Assembly (NCBI GenBank): GCA_030390025.1
Contig: CM059431.1
Coordinates: 127,784,001 to 127,848,000, forward strand
Reading direction: 5' to 3'
Origin: Squalus acanthias
Lineage: Eukaryota
DNA length: 64,000 bases
Shown here: one piece after another, positions 39,400 through 52,548 of the stretch
How positions within the stretch are numbered: the first letter of the stretch is position 1
How the letters are laid out: each line of letters begins with the position of its first letter
The notes under the pieces: model-generated
Told to the model about the DNA's origin: nothing
Database searches by the model: none
Seen by the model: only the letters and a program-made list of their open reading frames with translations
Position numbers and translations under genes: made by a program

Positions 39400-40622
39400 G
39401 AGAATGTCTTTGTGATTGTGTAGCGTAATGCAACACAACACCAAAAGATGGGCATTGATGGTAGCAGAGGAAGTGTTGAGGGCAGTGTTGATTAAGGTGT
39501 TTTCGGTCAGTTTATTTGGTACATGTGGACAGTAATGTTCGTTAAAGGGGCAGCCCAGGTACAGAGCAAATGTACCTTGTATTAGCATCTGGTGCAGCAG
39601 TCTAGTGTTCTGTAGCTACTTCCTCATTTGTCAGTGTCTGCATCGTACTCTGACCTTGATTCCAGATTGACATTCTTCTTCACGATGGTTTTGTATAGCA
39701 GAGTTGTGGTGCATTCAACACCTGACAATGGTCATTGAGACCTATTGCCATGCTGCTGGTGTCATCTGACTTCTCTGACAGCTATGCCTGTTCCTGCTCC
39801 TGTTCATTTTTCTCAGGTGTCCTAAGAGCACTTAATACAATGCCTGTTTGCAGAACAACTGTCTCTCGCCAAAAATTGATTCTGCAGGACTTGCCAATAA
39901 TTTAACCAACTAAAGACTCCCCATGACTACGGCTGATTCTCCTGTTCCCAACGACCAATTTATACCATACATGCAAGGCAGAATATGGTTTGCTTTCTCA
40001 CTAACTCGCAACTATGGTGGGATTAATCAGACTTGCTGCATAATGTTGCTTGTACTAGGAGGCAGAACTCAGCTAACATCAGAGCATATCCTCCATTTGA
40101 TTCAGGTTCAGATTCAAATGTATGACGGTGTCGCAAGCTGAAACCCTTTGGGTGGTAGCTAACAGATCAGGCAGTGGTTCGGAAATAGATATAGATATAG
40201 AAAGAAGTAACAGAAACAAATTGCACTCTATTTGGTACACACACTATGACCAATCTACAAGCACCTGTAAATACCATCCCAAAACCGTAACTGCCATCCC
40301 TATAACCTATTTTCCCAATTGCCACGCAGCTGTACCTTGAGTCCTACCATTAGTGCATAGGATTATCCATCACTGAGAAGCTGCTGTCTAATGCAGTCAT
40401 TTACAATTCTGTCATCTGTTTGGCTTTCAGCCTGGGTGGTTCGACTCTGATTCCTTCAGGTTGCAGAAGATGATGCAACTCTAACACTGCCTCCCTGGTC
40501 AACCTCAGCTTGTCATGGCAGTTCTCTGCAGACATTCCCAAGTAGATGCCCCTGTGTCTGTAAATACAGCTGCCTGGGTGTTCTGACCCACTGATTGTGC
40601 CATGGCAGACCATAGCTTTCAA
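39400..40622 (-). pseudogene. Very old HARBI1-like transposase remnant
   Basis: IYRHRGIYLGMSAENCHDKLRLTREAVLELHHLLQP (40400-40580) resembles the N-termini in E and G; LVLCCITLHN near 39410-39450 resembles the C-terminal CxLHN motif. Confidence 0.55.
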
Positions 40623-40675
40623 TTACTCCCTTCTTCCGGCACAGGCTTCTGTGCTATATCATTCTATGATTCAAT

Positions 40676-41420
40676 GGCCCAAAAATTCGTGAGGAAGCCT
40701 TCGTGCGAGGGTAAGGCCTCCCCGCGATCTCTCACTGCGCGTTGGCTTTTTCAGTTCCAGCTCGCACGAACTTGATGTTCTGGACAGCTGCTGTGCTGGG
40801 CTTGCGTATCCCACCGGCGTAGTTAATTCGTGCGAGCTGTGGGATCACGTGACTCAGTTAGAGCCAATGGCAGCACACCATCTTCCATTCATAACTTTCA
40901 CATAAGTGCTGTGAAAGCTATGAATACTATAGCCCCCCAAAAGAACCGCTAAACCTCAATTAAATTTAAAAAAACAACCCATCACATTAATAAAATAAGT
41001 ATAGTTAAATAAATTAACCATTTTAAATAAAAAATAAAATTTTTGAAAGAATTTAAAATCTTTTAAAAAGTTATAAAAATAAACTTACCTGTCTTTGAAG
41101 TCTCTAAAAAAGATATACCTGTTAAAAAAAATTCAAAATAATACTTAATTCACTACTTACCTTGTTAAAAGTGGGTCTTATTCCTCCTTTTTTTATGTGT
41201 AGAATCTTCCGTACTTACCTGCGTGTTGAAACCACTAAGTGCACTGCATGCGCGCAGCCTGTAGCGCGCACGCGGTTCACCTAGGACCCGCCCCCTTTTC
41301 CATTCACCAAGTGCCGGTTTTCAGCGCATGCGCAGTGCATGCAGAAAACCGGCAATTGGAGACAGAATACGCGAGAGTACGCAGTGCGTACTCTCGCGTA
41401 GCGGCACTAATTTTTGGGCC
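40676..41420. mobile_element. Harbinger-type MITE with CpG-rich palindromic subtermini
   Basis: TIR GGCCCAAAAATT(C/A)GTG, TSD AAT/AAT. Confidence 0.88.
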
Positions 41421-41457
41421 AATGTTTCTATCCCAAGGGAGAGTAAGCCATGTCACT

Positions 41458-41646
41458 GGGGCTGATTTAAAGATTTGGTGCAAAATGGGTGGTGGGTGGG
41501 TAGAGCTTTGTCGGTACGCCGGTTTGGATCAGACAGTTCACCGGATCCATGCAAGTGAGGCCTGGGCCTCAATATAGCCCAGACCTCAATTCAGCAATCA
41601 CAAGCCCTTGAATGCCCGTTTTGCGGCAAGTGTCAAAATCGGCCCC
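41458..41646. mobile_element. Small MITE
   Basis: GGGGCTGATTT...AAATCGGCCCC; no matching TSD. Confidence 0.55.
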
Positions 41647-41889
41647 GACATCCCTATAATAAGCAAATGGTTGGGCAGAAAATATGTTTCACTTCTCAAG
41701 CTTATTAATGCTGTCAGAACTTCCAAAATTAGTCTAATCTATAGAGTTATATTATACTTGGGTAAAACCTTTAAGATCAACCTGAATTTATATCCTAAAT
41801 TGAGACTCCAAAGTGTACTCAATAAATCATAGGTTACAAAGATCCTAATCGTCAATCTGCTGCTGTTTGAAAATACCTCTTCAAATTAC

Positions 41890-42083
41890 CTTTATCAGGA
41901 TGGATATCATCTTCATTTTCTTTGAAGAGGTCCAAACGTTTTGGATGAGCTAAGAAATCCATTAAGAAATAAATCAAGTTTGGGCTGTCATCAAGTGGCA
42001 TAGATACATCTATCAGATTGGAAGTCATCACCAGGGCACCATAGCCTTGAAGATGATATTGCAGATTTGTTGAATGTTCCTTC
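41890..42083 (-). CDS. Candidate internal coding exon of unidentified host gene (KEHSTNLQYHLQGYGALVMTSNLIDVSMPLDDSPNLIYFLMDFLAHPKRLDLFKENEDDIHPDK)
   Basis: Acceptor tattttcctacttttgag, donor AAG|gtaatt, 64 open codons in non-repeat sequence; protein not recognised. Confidence 0.4.
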
Positions 42084-42120
42084 CTCAAAAGTAGGAAAAT
42101 AGTTAAAAATATTAAATGAG

Positions 42121-42255
42121 GTAAGTGGGAATGGGGAGAAGGGGGAGGAAGAAAGGGAGGAGGAGTGGAGGGATGAGAGGAGGAGCAGGAAGGGGAGGAT
42201 GAGGGATGGGGAGGGCGAGGTTGAAGAAGGGATGGATGAGGGGGAGGGGCAGGAT
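42121..42255. repeat. GA-rich low-complexity tract (continues 43365-43560 after the LINE)
   Basis: Purine-rich sequence on both sides of the LINE. Confidence 0.8.
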
Positions 42256-42264
42256 TTTTGTTTA

Positions 42265-43361
42265 TTATTCGTTTATGGGATGTGGGCATCGCTGACAAGA
42301 CCAGCATTTATTGCCCATCTCTAATTGCCCTTGAGAAGGTGGTGGTGAGCCGCCTTCTTGAACCACTGCAGGCTGTGTGGTGAAGGTACTCCCACAGGGC
42401 TGTTAGGGAGGGAGTTCCAGGATTTTGACCCAGCGACGATGAAGGATCGACGATGTACTTCTAAGTGTGACTTGGAGGGGAACTTGGAGGTGATGGTGTT
42501 CCCATGCGTCTGATGCCCTTGTCCTACTAGGTGGAAGAGGTCGCGGGTTTGGGAGGTGCTGCCAAATAAGCCTTGGCGAGTTGCTGCAGTGCATCTTGTA
42601 GATGGTACACACTGCAGCCACGGTACACCGATGGTGGATGGAGTGAATGTTTAAGGTGGTGGATGGGGTGCCAATCAAGCGGGCTGCTTTGTCTTGGATG
42701 GTGTCGAGCTTCTTGAGTGTTGTTGGAGCTGTACTCATCCAGGCAAGTGGAAAGTATTCCATCACACTCCTTACTTGTGCCTTGTAGATGGTGGAAAGGC
42801 TTTGGGGAGTCAGGAGGTGAGACACTCGCCGCAGAATACCTAGCTTCTGACCTGCTCTTGTTGCCACAGTATTTATGTGGCTGGTCCAGTTAAGTTTCTG
42901 GTCAATGGTGACCCCCAGGATATTGATGGTGGGGGATTCGGCGATGGTAATGCCGTTGAATGTCAAGAGGCAGTGGTTAGACTCTCTCTTGTTGGAGTTA
43001 GTCATTGCCTGGCACTTCTGTGGCGCGAATATTACCTGCCACATATCAGCCCAAGCCTGAACGTCGTCCAGATCTTGTTGCATGCGGGCATGGACTGCTT
43101 CATTATCTGAGGTGTTTTGAATGGCGCTGAACACTGTGCAGTCATCAGCGAACATCCCCATTTCTGACCTTATGTTGGAGGGAAGGTCATTGATGAAGCA
43201 GCTGAAGATGGTTGGGCCTAGGACACTGCCCTGATGAACTCCTGCAGCGATGTCCTGGGGCTGTGATGATTGACCTTCAACCACCACAACCATCTTCCGT
43301 TGTGCTATGTATGACTCCAGCCAGTGGAGAGTTTCCCCCCCGATTCCCATTGACTTCAATT
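42265..43361 (-). mobile_element. CR1-group LINE (second family) RT and 3' end
   Basis: 318-aa ORF with GVHQGSVLGP, MFADD, IYKAQVRSVMEY; A-rich tail unlike the CR1 tails elsewhere in the window. Confidence 0.9.
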
Positions 43362-44109
43362 TTGATGGATGACAGGTCAGGAAGAAGGGGAGGGAAGGAA
43401 GAAGAAACTATGACTGGGAGGGAAAGAAGGGTTAAGTAGAAGGTGAAGAAGGGAAGGATAAGGAGAGGCGGGGAGGGCAAGAAAGAAGGAGATGAGGGTA
43501 AGGGCAGGATGAGGTGGAAGAAGGCAAGGGTGATGGAAACGGGCGAGAAGGGGAGGATCAGGTCTGAATATAGATTGGTATTTTTAAACTTTGTATTCCC
43601 TGTAAGGTTGCATCCATTTCTTTGTAATAACAATACTCCGGCTTTAACTGAGAATCTCTTTTCTGATAGAGGTGGGGGGAGTTGAAGGGGAGGAGATAGA
43701 GAATACCCATTTCTTCTCTCTCAGTTATGAGTTACTAAAGTTAATAACATTTCTAAAGGGCAAGGAAGAAAGGGAGATGAATGGTCAAACAGAACTGAAG
43801 GAATACTAACCAAAAATTGATAACAACAACCTACATTCCTCATGTATAAGAATGCTTCGCACCATTTTTAAAAGTGGGAATTTGGATGCCAAGCAGAAAG
43901 TGAAACATTTTTTGGGGGTGGGGATTACCAAAACATGGGGGTAAAATCTCTACGGATGTTGTCCCGATCCACCTCCTGGATATTTTACTTCATAGCCTAA
44001 GAGATAGAGGTAGAATTTCCATGGGCGTTGTCCAGATCCCCTACGTTAAATTCAGTGGACTGGAAGTTATGGCTGATTCCCTCACCCACTCGTCCCCACC
44101 TCCCCACTT

Positions 44110-44260
44110 CCAACTCAGGGGCACTGAGGCCAATGATAGCTCCCCTACCTCCATACTGGCTCAGATCAGCTAATTCAGCATAGAACGGGGATTAAACCTG
44201 GAACTTTCTTGATGTGTATGACTCAGTATTCGCTGGATAAACTCACTGAGCCATTGGAGG
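44110..44260 (-). mobile_element. Old tRNA-SINE 5' fragment
   Basis: TGGCTCAGTGAG (A-box-like) ... GGTTTAATCCCC (B-box-like) followed by GCTGAATTAGCTGATCTGAGCC. Confidence 0.5.
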
Positions 44261-44466
44261 AGCAGTTCCATGCCAAGCATAATTTAAGGAAATAGGAGAA
44301 AGATTGGGAACTATACAAAACAAAATAAAACATTAATCAATGGTAAAAAGAGACAATTAGAAAAAAGAAATCACATGGACATTTCCAGTCATGGGCAATA
44401 GAAATTCTTTGCCTATGTATATTAAACATAACTAGGGCTTATTAAGGATATTGAAGGTGAGATGGT

Positions 44467-44824
44467 GGGCCTAAAATTACAGTGTTTCTGACAGAGTACG
44501 CACAGCATATGCTGTCGGAAGCCTTCAGCATGACCTTGCAAGCTCCGGGTTACCGCATGCGCATTGCGATCTGTCAAGTTCCGCTTGGACAGATCCTTCG
44601 CATCCACTATAAAGGCCTTCTTTTACCAGCGTAAGTGTTGAAATAATTCTGTAAGTAAATGGAATCCCCATAAGCATCATAGGAATCGTCATTTTTGATT
44701 GGTTGATGGTCCCACGTGATCCCAGGGACACTTGCAAACCACATGCACCCCTGGGATCTGTGGGTCTTTACGCAGGCTTGGAGGCGTATTCTTCTGGTAC
44801 GTGTCCGACCGCATATTCAGGGCC
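44467..44824. mobile_element. Possible MITE
   Basis: Weak TIR GGGCCTAAAATT vs GGCCCTGAATAT; flanks GGT/AGT. Confidence 0.4.
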
Positions 44825-44941
44825 AGTGAGTGACACTAACAATATATCAGATGTTCGCAATAATTTTTATACTTTTTTTGCTACTGCTACCAACAGTATT
44901 CCGCAAGCCAGTAAATAAATTGTCAGCAGAATATAAACCAA

Positions 44942-45640
44942 GGGCCAGAATTTTCTCTCAAAATATTGTCAAAGCTAATGGCGCTCATCGCTATTTATGG
45001 GTAAATGGTACAGCAGCGTCAGGCGAGGAGCAGATGTAAATATCCGAAAGTTGCTGTCTGAATTGCGCCACTCCGCCGGTAGCTTCACGAAAATGGCATT
45101 TCGCCCTCGCTTCCCTGTGTTTTTTTTAGGAACTTGCTGTATTTGCCCATTAACTGCCCATTAAACACGCCACAAGCGTAAATTCTATTTTAATGATGTG
45201 ATAAGTGTTAATGACTGCCAATCAACCTCTCTGGCATGGAAAATTAACTATTACAAGTGTGGAGTCCCATTTCATTTAAAAAAAAATTCTTACTTTTCCT
45301 TTCTGTCTCTTTTTTCTCTTCTCAATCCAATCTTTCTTTCCCTTTCTTTATTTCTCTTTCTATACCTGATTTGACATTGAATTCACCCTATTTAATTCAC
45401 CCGCCTTCTAAGTCCTTCCTGTGTTTATTTCCCAATTCTTAAATTTCATTGGTTAAGGAGATACCCTGTTGGTTGCCCTGTTCAGTCAATCCTCAGATGC
45501 CCTGTTTCCCTCGCTGCACTGTTAACAGTTTGCACTTTCAGCAACATTATGGGCAAAAAAAATTTGAGCTGAAGGGTGTAGGGGCAAGTCTAACTAACAA
45601 CAGACACCATTGGATGTCCTGCTACAGCAAATTCTGGCCC
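44942..45640. mobile_element. Harbinger-type MITE
   Basis: Perfect 12-bp TIR GGGCCAGAATTT; TSD not preserved. Confidence 0.7.
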
Positions 45641-45769
45641 ATAGTTATGCAGGAAATATCATCAGCAATGAAACGGTCATTAAGAAACGAGCAATTAAAT
45701 GTTCAAAATACAAGACACAAGAGTACTAAAAGAGATAAGAGTTTGCAGTATCAGAAATATTGTTTACTT

Positions 45770-46225
45770 CAACAACAACAACAACAACTTGCATTTATAT
45801 AGCGCTTTTAACATAGTAAAACATCCCAGGATGTTTCACAGAAGTGGTATCACACAAAATCTGACACCGAGCCACGTAAGAAGAAAGAAAGACTTGCATT
45901 TATATAGTGCCTTTTAAGGAGATATTAGGACAGGTGACCAAAAGTTTGTTCAAAGAGGTAGGTATTAAGGAGTGTCTTACAGGAGGAGAGAGGCGGAGAG
46001 GTTTCGAGAGAGAATTGCAGAGCTTAGGGCCTGGCAGCTGAAGGCACGGCCACCAATAGTGGAGCGATGAAAATTGGGGTTGCGCAAACGGCCAGAATTG
46101 GAGGAGCGCAGAGATCTTGGAGGGTTGTAGGCCTGGAGGAGGTTACAGAGACAGGGCTGAGTGAGGTCATGGAGGGATTTGAAAACAAGGAATTTTAAAA
46201 TCAGTACATTGCTTGACCAGGAGCA
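45770..46225 (-). mobile_element. L2 3' fragment with a short second L2-like tail inserted at ~45880-45915
   Basis: (AAC)n tail; FKSLHDLTQPCLCNLL...GGRAFS; insert flanked by TAAG. Confidence 0.85.
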
Positions 46226-48449
46226 CTTCGTTGGCACAGGGCTGCTGACAGAGGACTGGAAGATAGCAATGTGAGTCCAATGTTTAATAAATATCAGAAG
46301 CGCAATCCTTGGAATGATAAAACTACCAACCTGGTTCTCTGTTTGGGAACTACTCAATTTGGTTTAGAATTCATACTTAAAAATCATTTGTCACATCTTC
46401 ATAATTCTGATCATGAGATATCATAATGAACAGAAAATATAAACAATAAAAAATCTGTTTGATAAAGCTTGCCAAGCTTGGGAATCAGTAATCCTGTTTC
46501 ATGTCTGTCTATGATACAGAAAGGCTACTACAGTCCTTCACTGACATTGAGATGTAAACTATTCTGGAGAAATGGTGATCACTAGGCATTTAGACAATCT
46601 GGTGCACCCTTAACAGATTTCATTTTTTCAAAAACCAGGCTTGATGCTACTTCACCCCTAAAAATGATGTCTTGGGATGTATTGTCATTCTTTCTACAGA
46701 AAGTACTTCTACAGCATGGAGTTTCATTGCTGCCAATTGACCGATTTACAGTAAACATTGTCTGAATTAAATCAGCATTGATTGTAGGCTTCTTGAAACT
46801 AATTACAGTAAAAACTGTTGAAAGTGGCTGCGTTATTGATCATGGATGCAAGTTATTCAAGTAATTACATGTTGTTCAATAAATGTTCTTTTCACTACAA
46901 CATGGGTACTGATTAACATCAGATGCAAAATGTGAAATATCGGGTGAATATTGGAACAAAATTCAAAGAAACTCAACCAAGCATTCAAAAACATGATATT
47001 TTTCTTGTAACATATTCTGAGCTATAAACAACCTGAATACTTCGGATGCAGGACCTGCTTAAAGTAAGTTTGACTCTAGCTTCAATAACATCATTTGGAA
47101 CTGGAAAAATAGGTCCTAATGATTGTTTAATTTCAGTGACCCAAGTACAGGTATTCACTTTCTACTGAGATTTAATTATCAATGTTAAAATATTTTTTGC
47201 TAATGAAGTGATCTAGGGGCACTACGGACTAGAACAATATCCTTAAACTCCTTGGAGCGGAATTCATCTGAGAATGAAGGGATAACAGTCTTTTCTCTTT
47301 GACAACCGAAAGGGTCCAAAGTTAACTTAGTTCTGGCATCTGAACCTGACTGTGAGTACATGTTATTAAACAGCTTGTAAACCACTCATTGTAGTCTTAC
47401 TCACACAGGATATGACTGTGTAGAAAATGGAAATGCCACATTGGTGCTTTAGGAGGTTAACCTTTTAGGTTCAGATTAAGATACGTTGTTGAGGGAAGAG
47501 TAGAGAAAGCTATATATGGCATGTTGCACGTGACCTGGCAATGCTTGTTGCTGATACCAAGCACAAAAACTGAAGCAATGTGGGAGAAGTTGGGGCCTCC
47601 CACCAAGCGGAAACGGGGGGTTAACGTCTGAAAATGGTGGGGTATGACTTACCACTCCCACGATTGTGTGGCTGATGTTATATTCCCAAGGGTCTATCGC
47701 TGGGTAGCCTGAGTGCCCTCCTGAGTCAGTCGGCAGCCTTTTTAATATGCAAATTGGGGTCCTTTGATATACATAGTAGCCTGATGCCCATTTTAGGACT
47801 CAACTGGGCAGAGTGTGTACGCTCCACGCAGTTTCAGTTGGCGGTCCAGGTGAAGAAGAGCCCAGAAGGTACGTTTCAATTTATTTTTGTGGGGTTGGGA
47901 AGAACGGTAGTGCTCTTCTGGTCTCCACAAAAAACACCTGGGCTACTGCCCCTCCACTTCATTTTCTCCAGGCCCAAAGTCCAGCCAAGCTGCCTATATT
48001 CCAGGCAGCCCATAGTTGGTGTGTTTCGCTGGGGCACTCGTTTTCCACCCACAGCCAGTTGGCTGTAATGTTAATAAGGCCTGGCCCTCAAAATGGACCG
48101 GGCTTCCCGTCAGCAGTATTGGTCAGGCAGTGCCTGAAAACCACACGGGGAGAATATCTAGCCCAACATTTTCTTCCCTTTCAATGGCCTCTCACATCTC
48201 CACAAGCACAAAATGTTCAAGAACAAACATAGAAAAAAAAATCCGTTTTTTATTACATAACTATACCACGCTTTACAATCGTTTTCTGTTGTTATATATT
48301 GTATAATAATGAGATTGCTACTGCAGTGGCACTGTTCCAGTTTACTGTTTTCATCTTTACAACAATTTGTTCCAACTTGCTAAACATAAGGATAAATTAG
48401 GATGACATGTCTGTCTCTGTATATCCTCTGCCTGTCACAATCCTTAGAT

Positions 48450-49018
48450 CAGAGGTTGCCAAACCTTTTATTGCTGAGCCCCCCTTCGGAGATTCATGTC
48501 GCATTCACAGCGCCCGCCCCCACCATTTCTATGAAACAGTAATTTGTCATTCTCAAGAAGGTGGCAGAGTTTAATCCAATTGGTTTCAAAAACTGGGAAG
48601 AAGCTTGAGAGAAGTTCAAAATTCTCACCTTGCCTTCAGTCATGTCGAATTGTGTGCCTCACAGCCAACTGGTTCAAGGATCTATACTTTCATGCAGCAA
48701 TCAGGAGAAGCCACAGAAATGTCTTTTACTTTAACTGATGCAGCCTTGCACAGCCAGAGGAGATACACTATGGCGCAACCTCAGTACAGTGTGGGATGTT
48801 TGAATCCCTGCCGTTTTCTAGAAGTGGAAATTGGACCTATCAGAGCTGCCTCTGGTGTATAGTAACTGATTGCTGAGATCTCCCCATTAATGCACCTCCT
48901 CTGGCTCTGTGAGGCTGCCTCAGTGGCTCTCGTTCTTAGCCAGCCCGTCATCCTCGCACCTCACCAATAACCTCGGTGTGCCCTCCCAGAGGCTGCGCCC
49001 CCAGTTTGTCAACCTCTG
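48450..49018. mobile_element. hAT (Charlie-like) non-autonomous element
   Basis: TIR CAGAGGTTG(C/A)CAAAC; 8-bp flanks CCTTAGAT/ATTTAGAT with central TAGA. Confidence 0.8.
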
Positions 49019-49564
49019 ATTTAGATAAAGCAAAAGATTTGAATGAGCATATTGATTTTACATTAGAATCAGAGAAACAGTTTACTTTGATAAAGTCAGG
49101 ACCAAAAACATTGTGCAGCACAACAAAACAATAAATGGGGAAAAGAAGCTAAACATACTGAAATTAGGAGAATTGATTATAAGAAGCATCATATGTGTTA
49201 AATGATTTTATTGTTGTTTTTCCCCAGTAGACAAAAGGGACATTGACAGGGTCAAAACATTGATTAGACTATTCCTTATAATAATTTTTTTGTGTGTTTC
49301 TTCCATACTACAAGTATGTTGTTCATGTTTTGACAATCAAGCCACTGGTCAGTTTTCTTCATTTTCATTGGTTTAGTGTTTTTAAGTCTCCTATATTTCC
49401 CTCCTTTCCAATTGGCAATTCTGTACTTTCAATGTACCTCAATTATATTTACAATTTAAATTGCATTCCCAGTGAAATTCCAGTAAAACCACTTATTCAA
49501 GATACATCTGTCATAACAGTTCCACACTTATTCCACCATTTACCCTCAAAAAATAACATTTAAA

Positions 49565-49720
49565 TCGTACTTGGATATGTACTTGAAGTGCCGTAACCTA
49601 CAAGGCTACGGACCAAGAGCTGGAAAGTGGGATTAAGCTGGATAGCTCTTTTTCGGCCGGCACAAACGCGATGGATGGAATGGCCTCCTTCTGTGCCGTA
49701 AATGTTCTATGATTCTCTGA
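49565..49720 (+). mobile_element. CR1 3' tail fragment
   Basis: AATGGCCTCCTTCTGTGCCGTAA...TTCTATGATTC. Confidence 0.7.
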
Positions 49721-51220
49721 TTCGATGATAATATACACACAAAATGTTCAGCAATTCAAAAAAATAAATAACTGCTAAAAGTACCGCCACGCACAGTTCG
49801 ATGCATCCCAGCAGGACACACAAACAGCCCTAACCTTAAATACTCCCTCACCTCAGTACCTCATGGCCTAGCCTGCCCACCTGTGACATGAATTTCTCAC
49901 CCAAAGAATCACACTATAACTCCCGTGAGCCACCACAGGGCTCAGCCTCCATCACAGCACATCTGCAATGAGTGCAATTGCACTTGAAGCTGAAAGACAT
50001 AACCGAGCAAGCAGACTACAACTCCCAGAAGTGAGCAGACAATCCCAGTCTTCATTCCTCTCACTCTGCTGCAGCTCCACACTGCTCCCTACAGGCCTCA
50101 GGTCAACCTGGCTGTCTTATGCTCCCAAGCCTTCCTTCCAATTTATAGGACCAACTCTAACCGCTCTTTTTTTCCATATAGACACACATCATCATTCCAC
50201 TCCTCTTGCCTCATCTCCTTGAGCTTCAGACTCACCTCATTTCTTTTCCTACCTTCTTTCTTTTTTTTTATTAAACTTAGAGTGGACAGCTTGCTTTAAT
50301 AAAAAAAAACCTCAAATGCCTTCAAGTTATCCTATGTGATATTAGCATAGAACCGCTTAATGCATGTGGATGAAATTTCTTTGTCCTGTATTTTAATAAA
50401 GGTCTTAATCTGTTTAAACAAATGAGTCAAACAAATTTCATGCAAACTGGTAAAGTTTTACACTAATGTTCATTTAATTTAGTGTAATTTAAAGCTCAAG
50501 AGATTCAATCACAACTTATTATGTTTTCATATCTTCACACTCTTCTCTCGGAGGAAGGTTTTGCAGGTGCATTAACAGTCTGACAGGCCACAGTGTGAAT
50601 GCTCCTTCCACAGCCATAACCATCTTTATACCAGCCGATAGGGTGGTTAGTTCTATATGGTGGGAGGATTTTATGGGCCCCCATAACCCATATGATGATG
50701 GTGGAGGTGGGGGGTGGGGGTAGGGGTGGGGGGGCCATGGGGCACCCACTGGACACAAGCATTCCATTCAAAGCCGGATCTCTGGTTTACAATTGCTGCG
50801 ACTGTCTGTAGTGGCGTTCAAACCCTCCACCTTCTGACTCAGAGGAGGGAATGTTGCCAGTAAACCAAAGGCTTGCGCCATTTATGCTGTTAAATGGGTT
50901 AGGACATTTTTTAAACGTGCACAAGTTAAGAAATACAAAGATAAATGCAATTTTGCACAACTAAATATATTTTAAAGTAAGATACAAGAGTGGTAAAGAA
51001 GCATGAATATATTAACTACAAAAGTAAATGGAACATTGTGAGCCAAGAATTAAAGATAAAAGCAATTAAAAAAAAAAAATTGATATGGAGAATAAACAAA
51101 ATATAAATAATTAGGGGATACTAAAGGTTATGTTTAGTATTTTGCTTAGCATTTTAAATTGTATGTTTAATATTTTTGGCTGTGTCAAATGCCATTGGAG
51201 ACGGCCTAGTCTTTAATATA

Positions 51221-51395
51221 AACAGAAAATACTGGAAATACACAACAGTTCACCGGAACCGTCAAGAAAAAGGATAGGTTCTCGTTTCAAGTGGAAAGCC
51301 TTCACCAGTTTTGATGAAGTGTACCCACCTGGAACATTAATCTTTTCTCTTGCAGACTCAGATGGAGCTGTAGTGTATTTCCAGTATTTTCTGTT
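51221..51395. repeat. Palindromic element built from two inverted Penelope-like ends
   Basis: Perfect 23-bp inverted repeat AACAGAAAATACTGGAAATACAC; right half resembles 61805-61903. Confidence 0.75.
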
Positions 51396-52548
51396 GTTAT
51401 TTCAGATTTTCAGCTTTCTTTTTATCTTAACACCTCTCTTCACCATGGCATCAGCAGCAATATGGTTGCAGCTATAAACCCAGAAAGAAAATTTAAAAAA
51501 ATGATTTATCTACACACTTTGTGCCTGTATAATCAAAATACTTATTTGCCAATTCATTAAATACCCTTTGATCACTGCTGTTAATGTAATAATTGCAAAG
51601 AAACTGAGAAGCTTGAGTGGCAGCGCAGGACTCCCTGTTGTGCGGGTGTCCTGCAAACCTCATCACAACTGACATTTGAACTGATTTACCCCTGTTTTTC
51701 CAGTTCTCAGCCCGGCTGCTGTGGAATCACGCTGTAAATTGTGATATACTATCCCGATGAACGATGTAAAATTATACTATTATTCATCTTTACAATGTGA
51801 GTTTAATGGACACTATTATAACGATTGAGCTTTACAACCAAGCTGTCCATTTTAGGAAGGATGAAAAATTGGCAGAACCGGTCCTACACTGCAGATCTGT
51901 ACCATCAGCCAGATCAGAATGGAATTGAAGGTAATTACAAAGAGGTCCATGCTGCAGTACTTGCTGAAGTTGCGCTAAAACATGAGGTAGAAATGAGAGG
52001 CATAGATAAGTCGAATATTTGTGTGGTTTTGATCTCAAACCTTGTAATTAAAATAAAAATGTGCTTCAAAATTCTATTTTAAAGACATGGGGGGATAAAC
52101 TCAGTTGGCTAGCGCCTCCATTTAGCGCCTGGCAGGGGCGATAACGGGGCGCTGATGTAGTAGCGCCGCGGCGAGGCGAATCAGCGACGCGCACCAAATC
52201 TGGCCACCCCGAAGCGCCTCCGCTACGAGTTGCCACCAGGGACCTCAGTGCCAGGCAGATCATAACATCAAAGCTCACTGGGCAGCCGATCTGCTAAATT
52301 CACTGTCGCCCCCTGCCTTAGCGCCTCGCCCTGACAGCGACAGGGAGAGGAGGTGTCAAGCAGGCTACTGAAAGGGATCATGAGTAATGAGTCGCAGCAG
52401 TCAGGTTAGTGCTGTTTCACTGTTTGACATTGTGCAACAGTTTAATTCAGTAATTTAAAGGTTGATTAGTATCAGAAGTGTTGTGACTACTAACAATTAG
52501 TTACATTTACTCTCACAACATATCAAAGTGCTACACTTGGTTACATTA

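Noticed and set aside
41929..42126. Plus-strand exon ending at the perfect donor GAG|gtaagt
   Set aside because: All three plus frames from the obvious acceptor contain stops
47200..47385. Minus-strand ORF as an exon
   Set aside because: No convincing donor and no recognisable peptide
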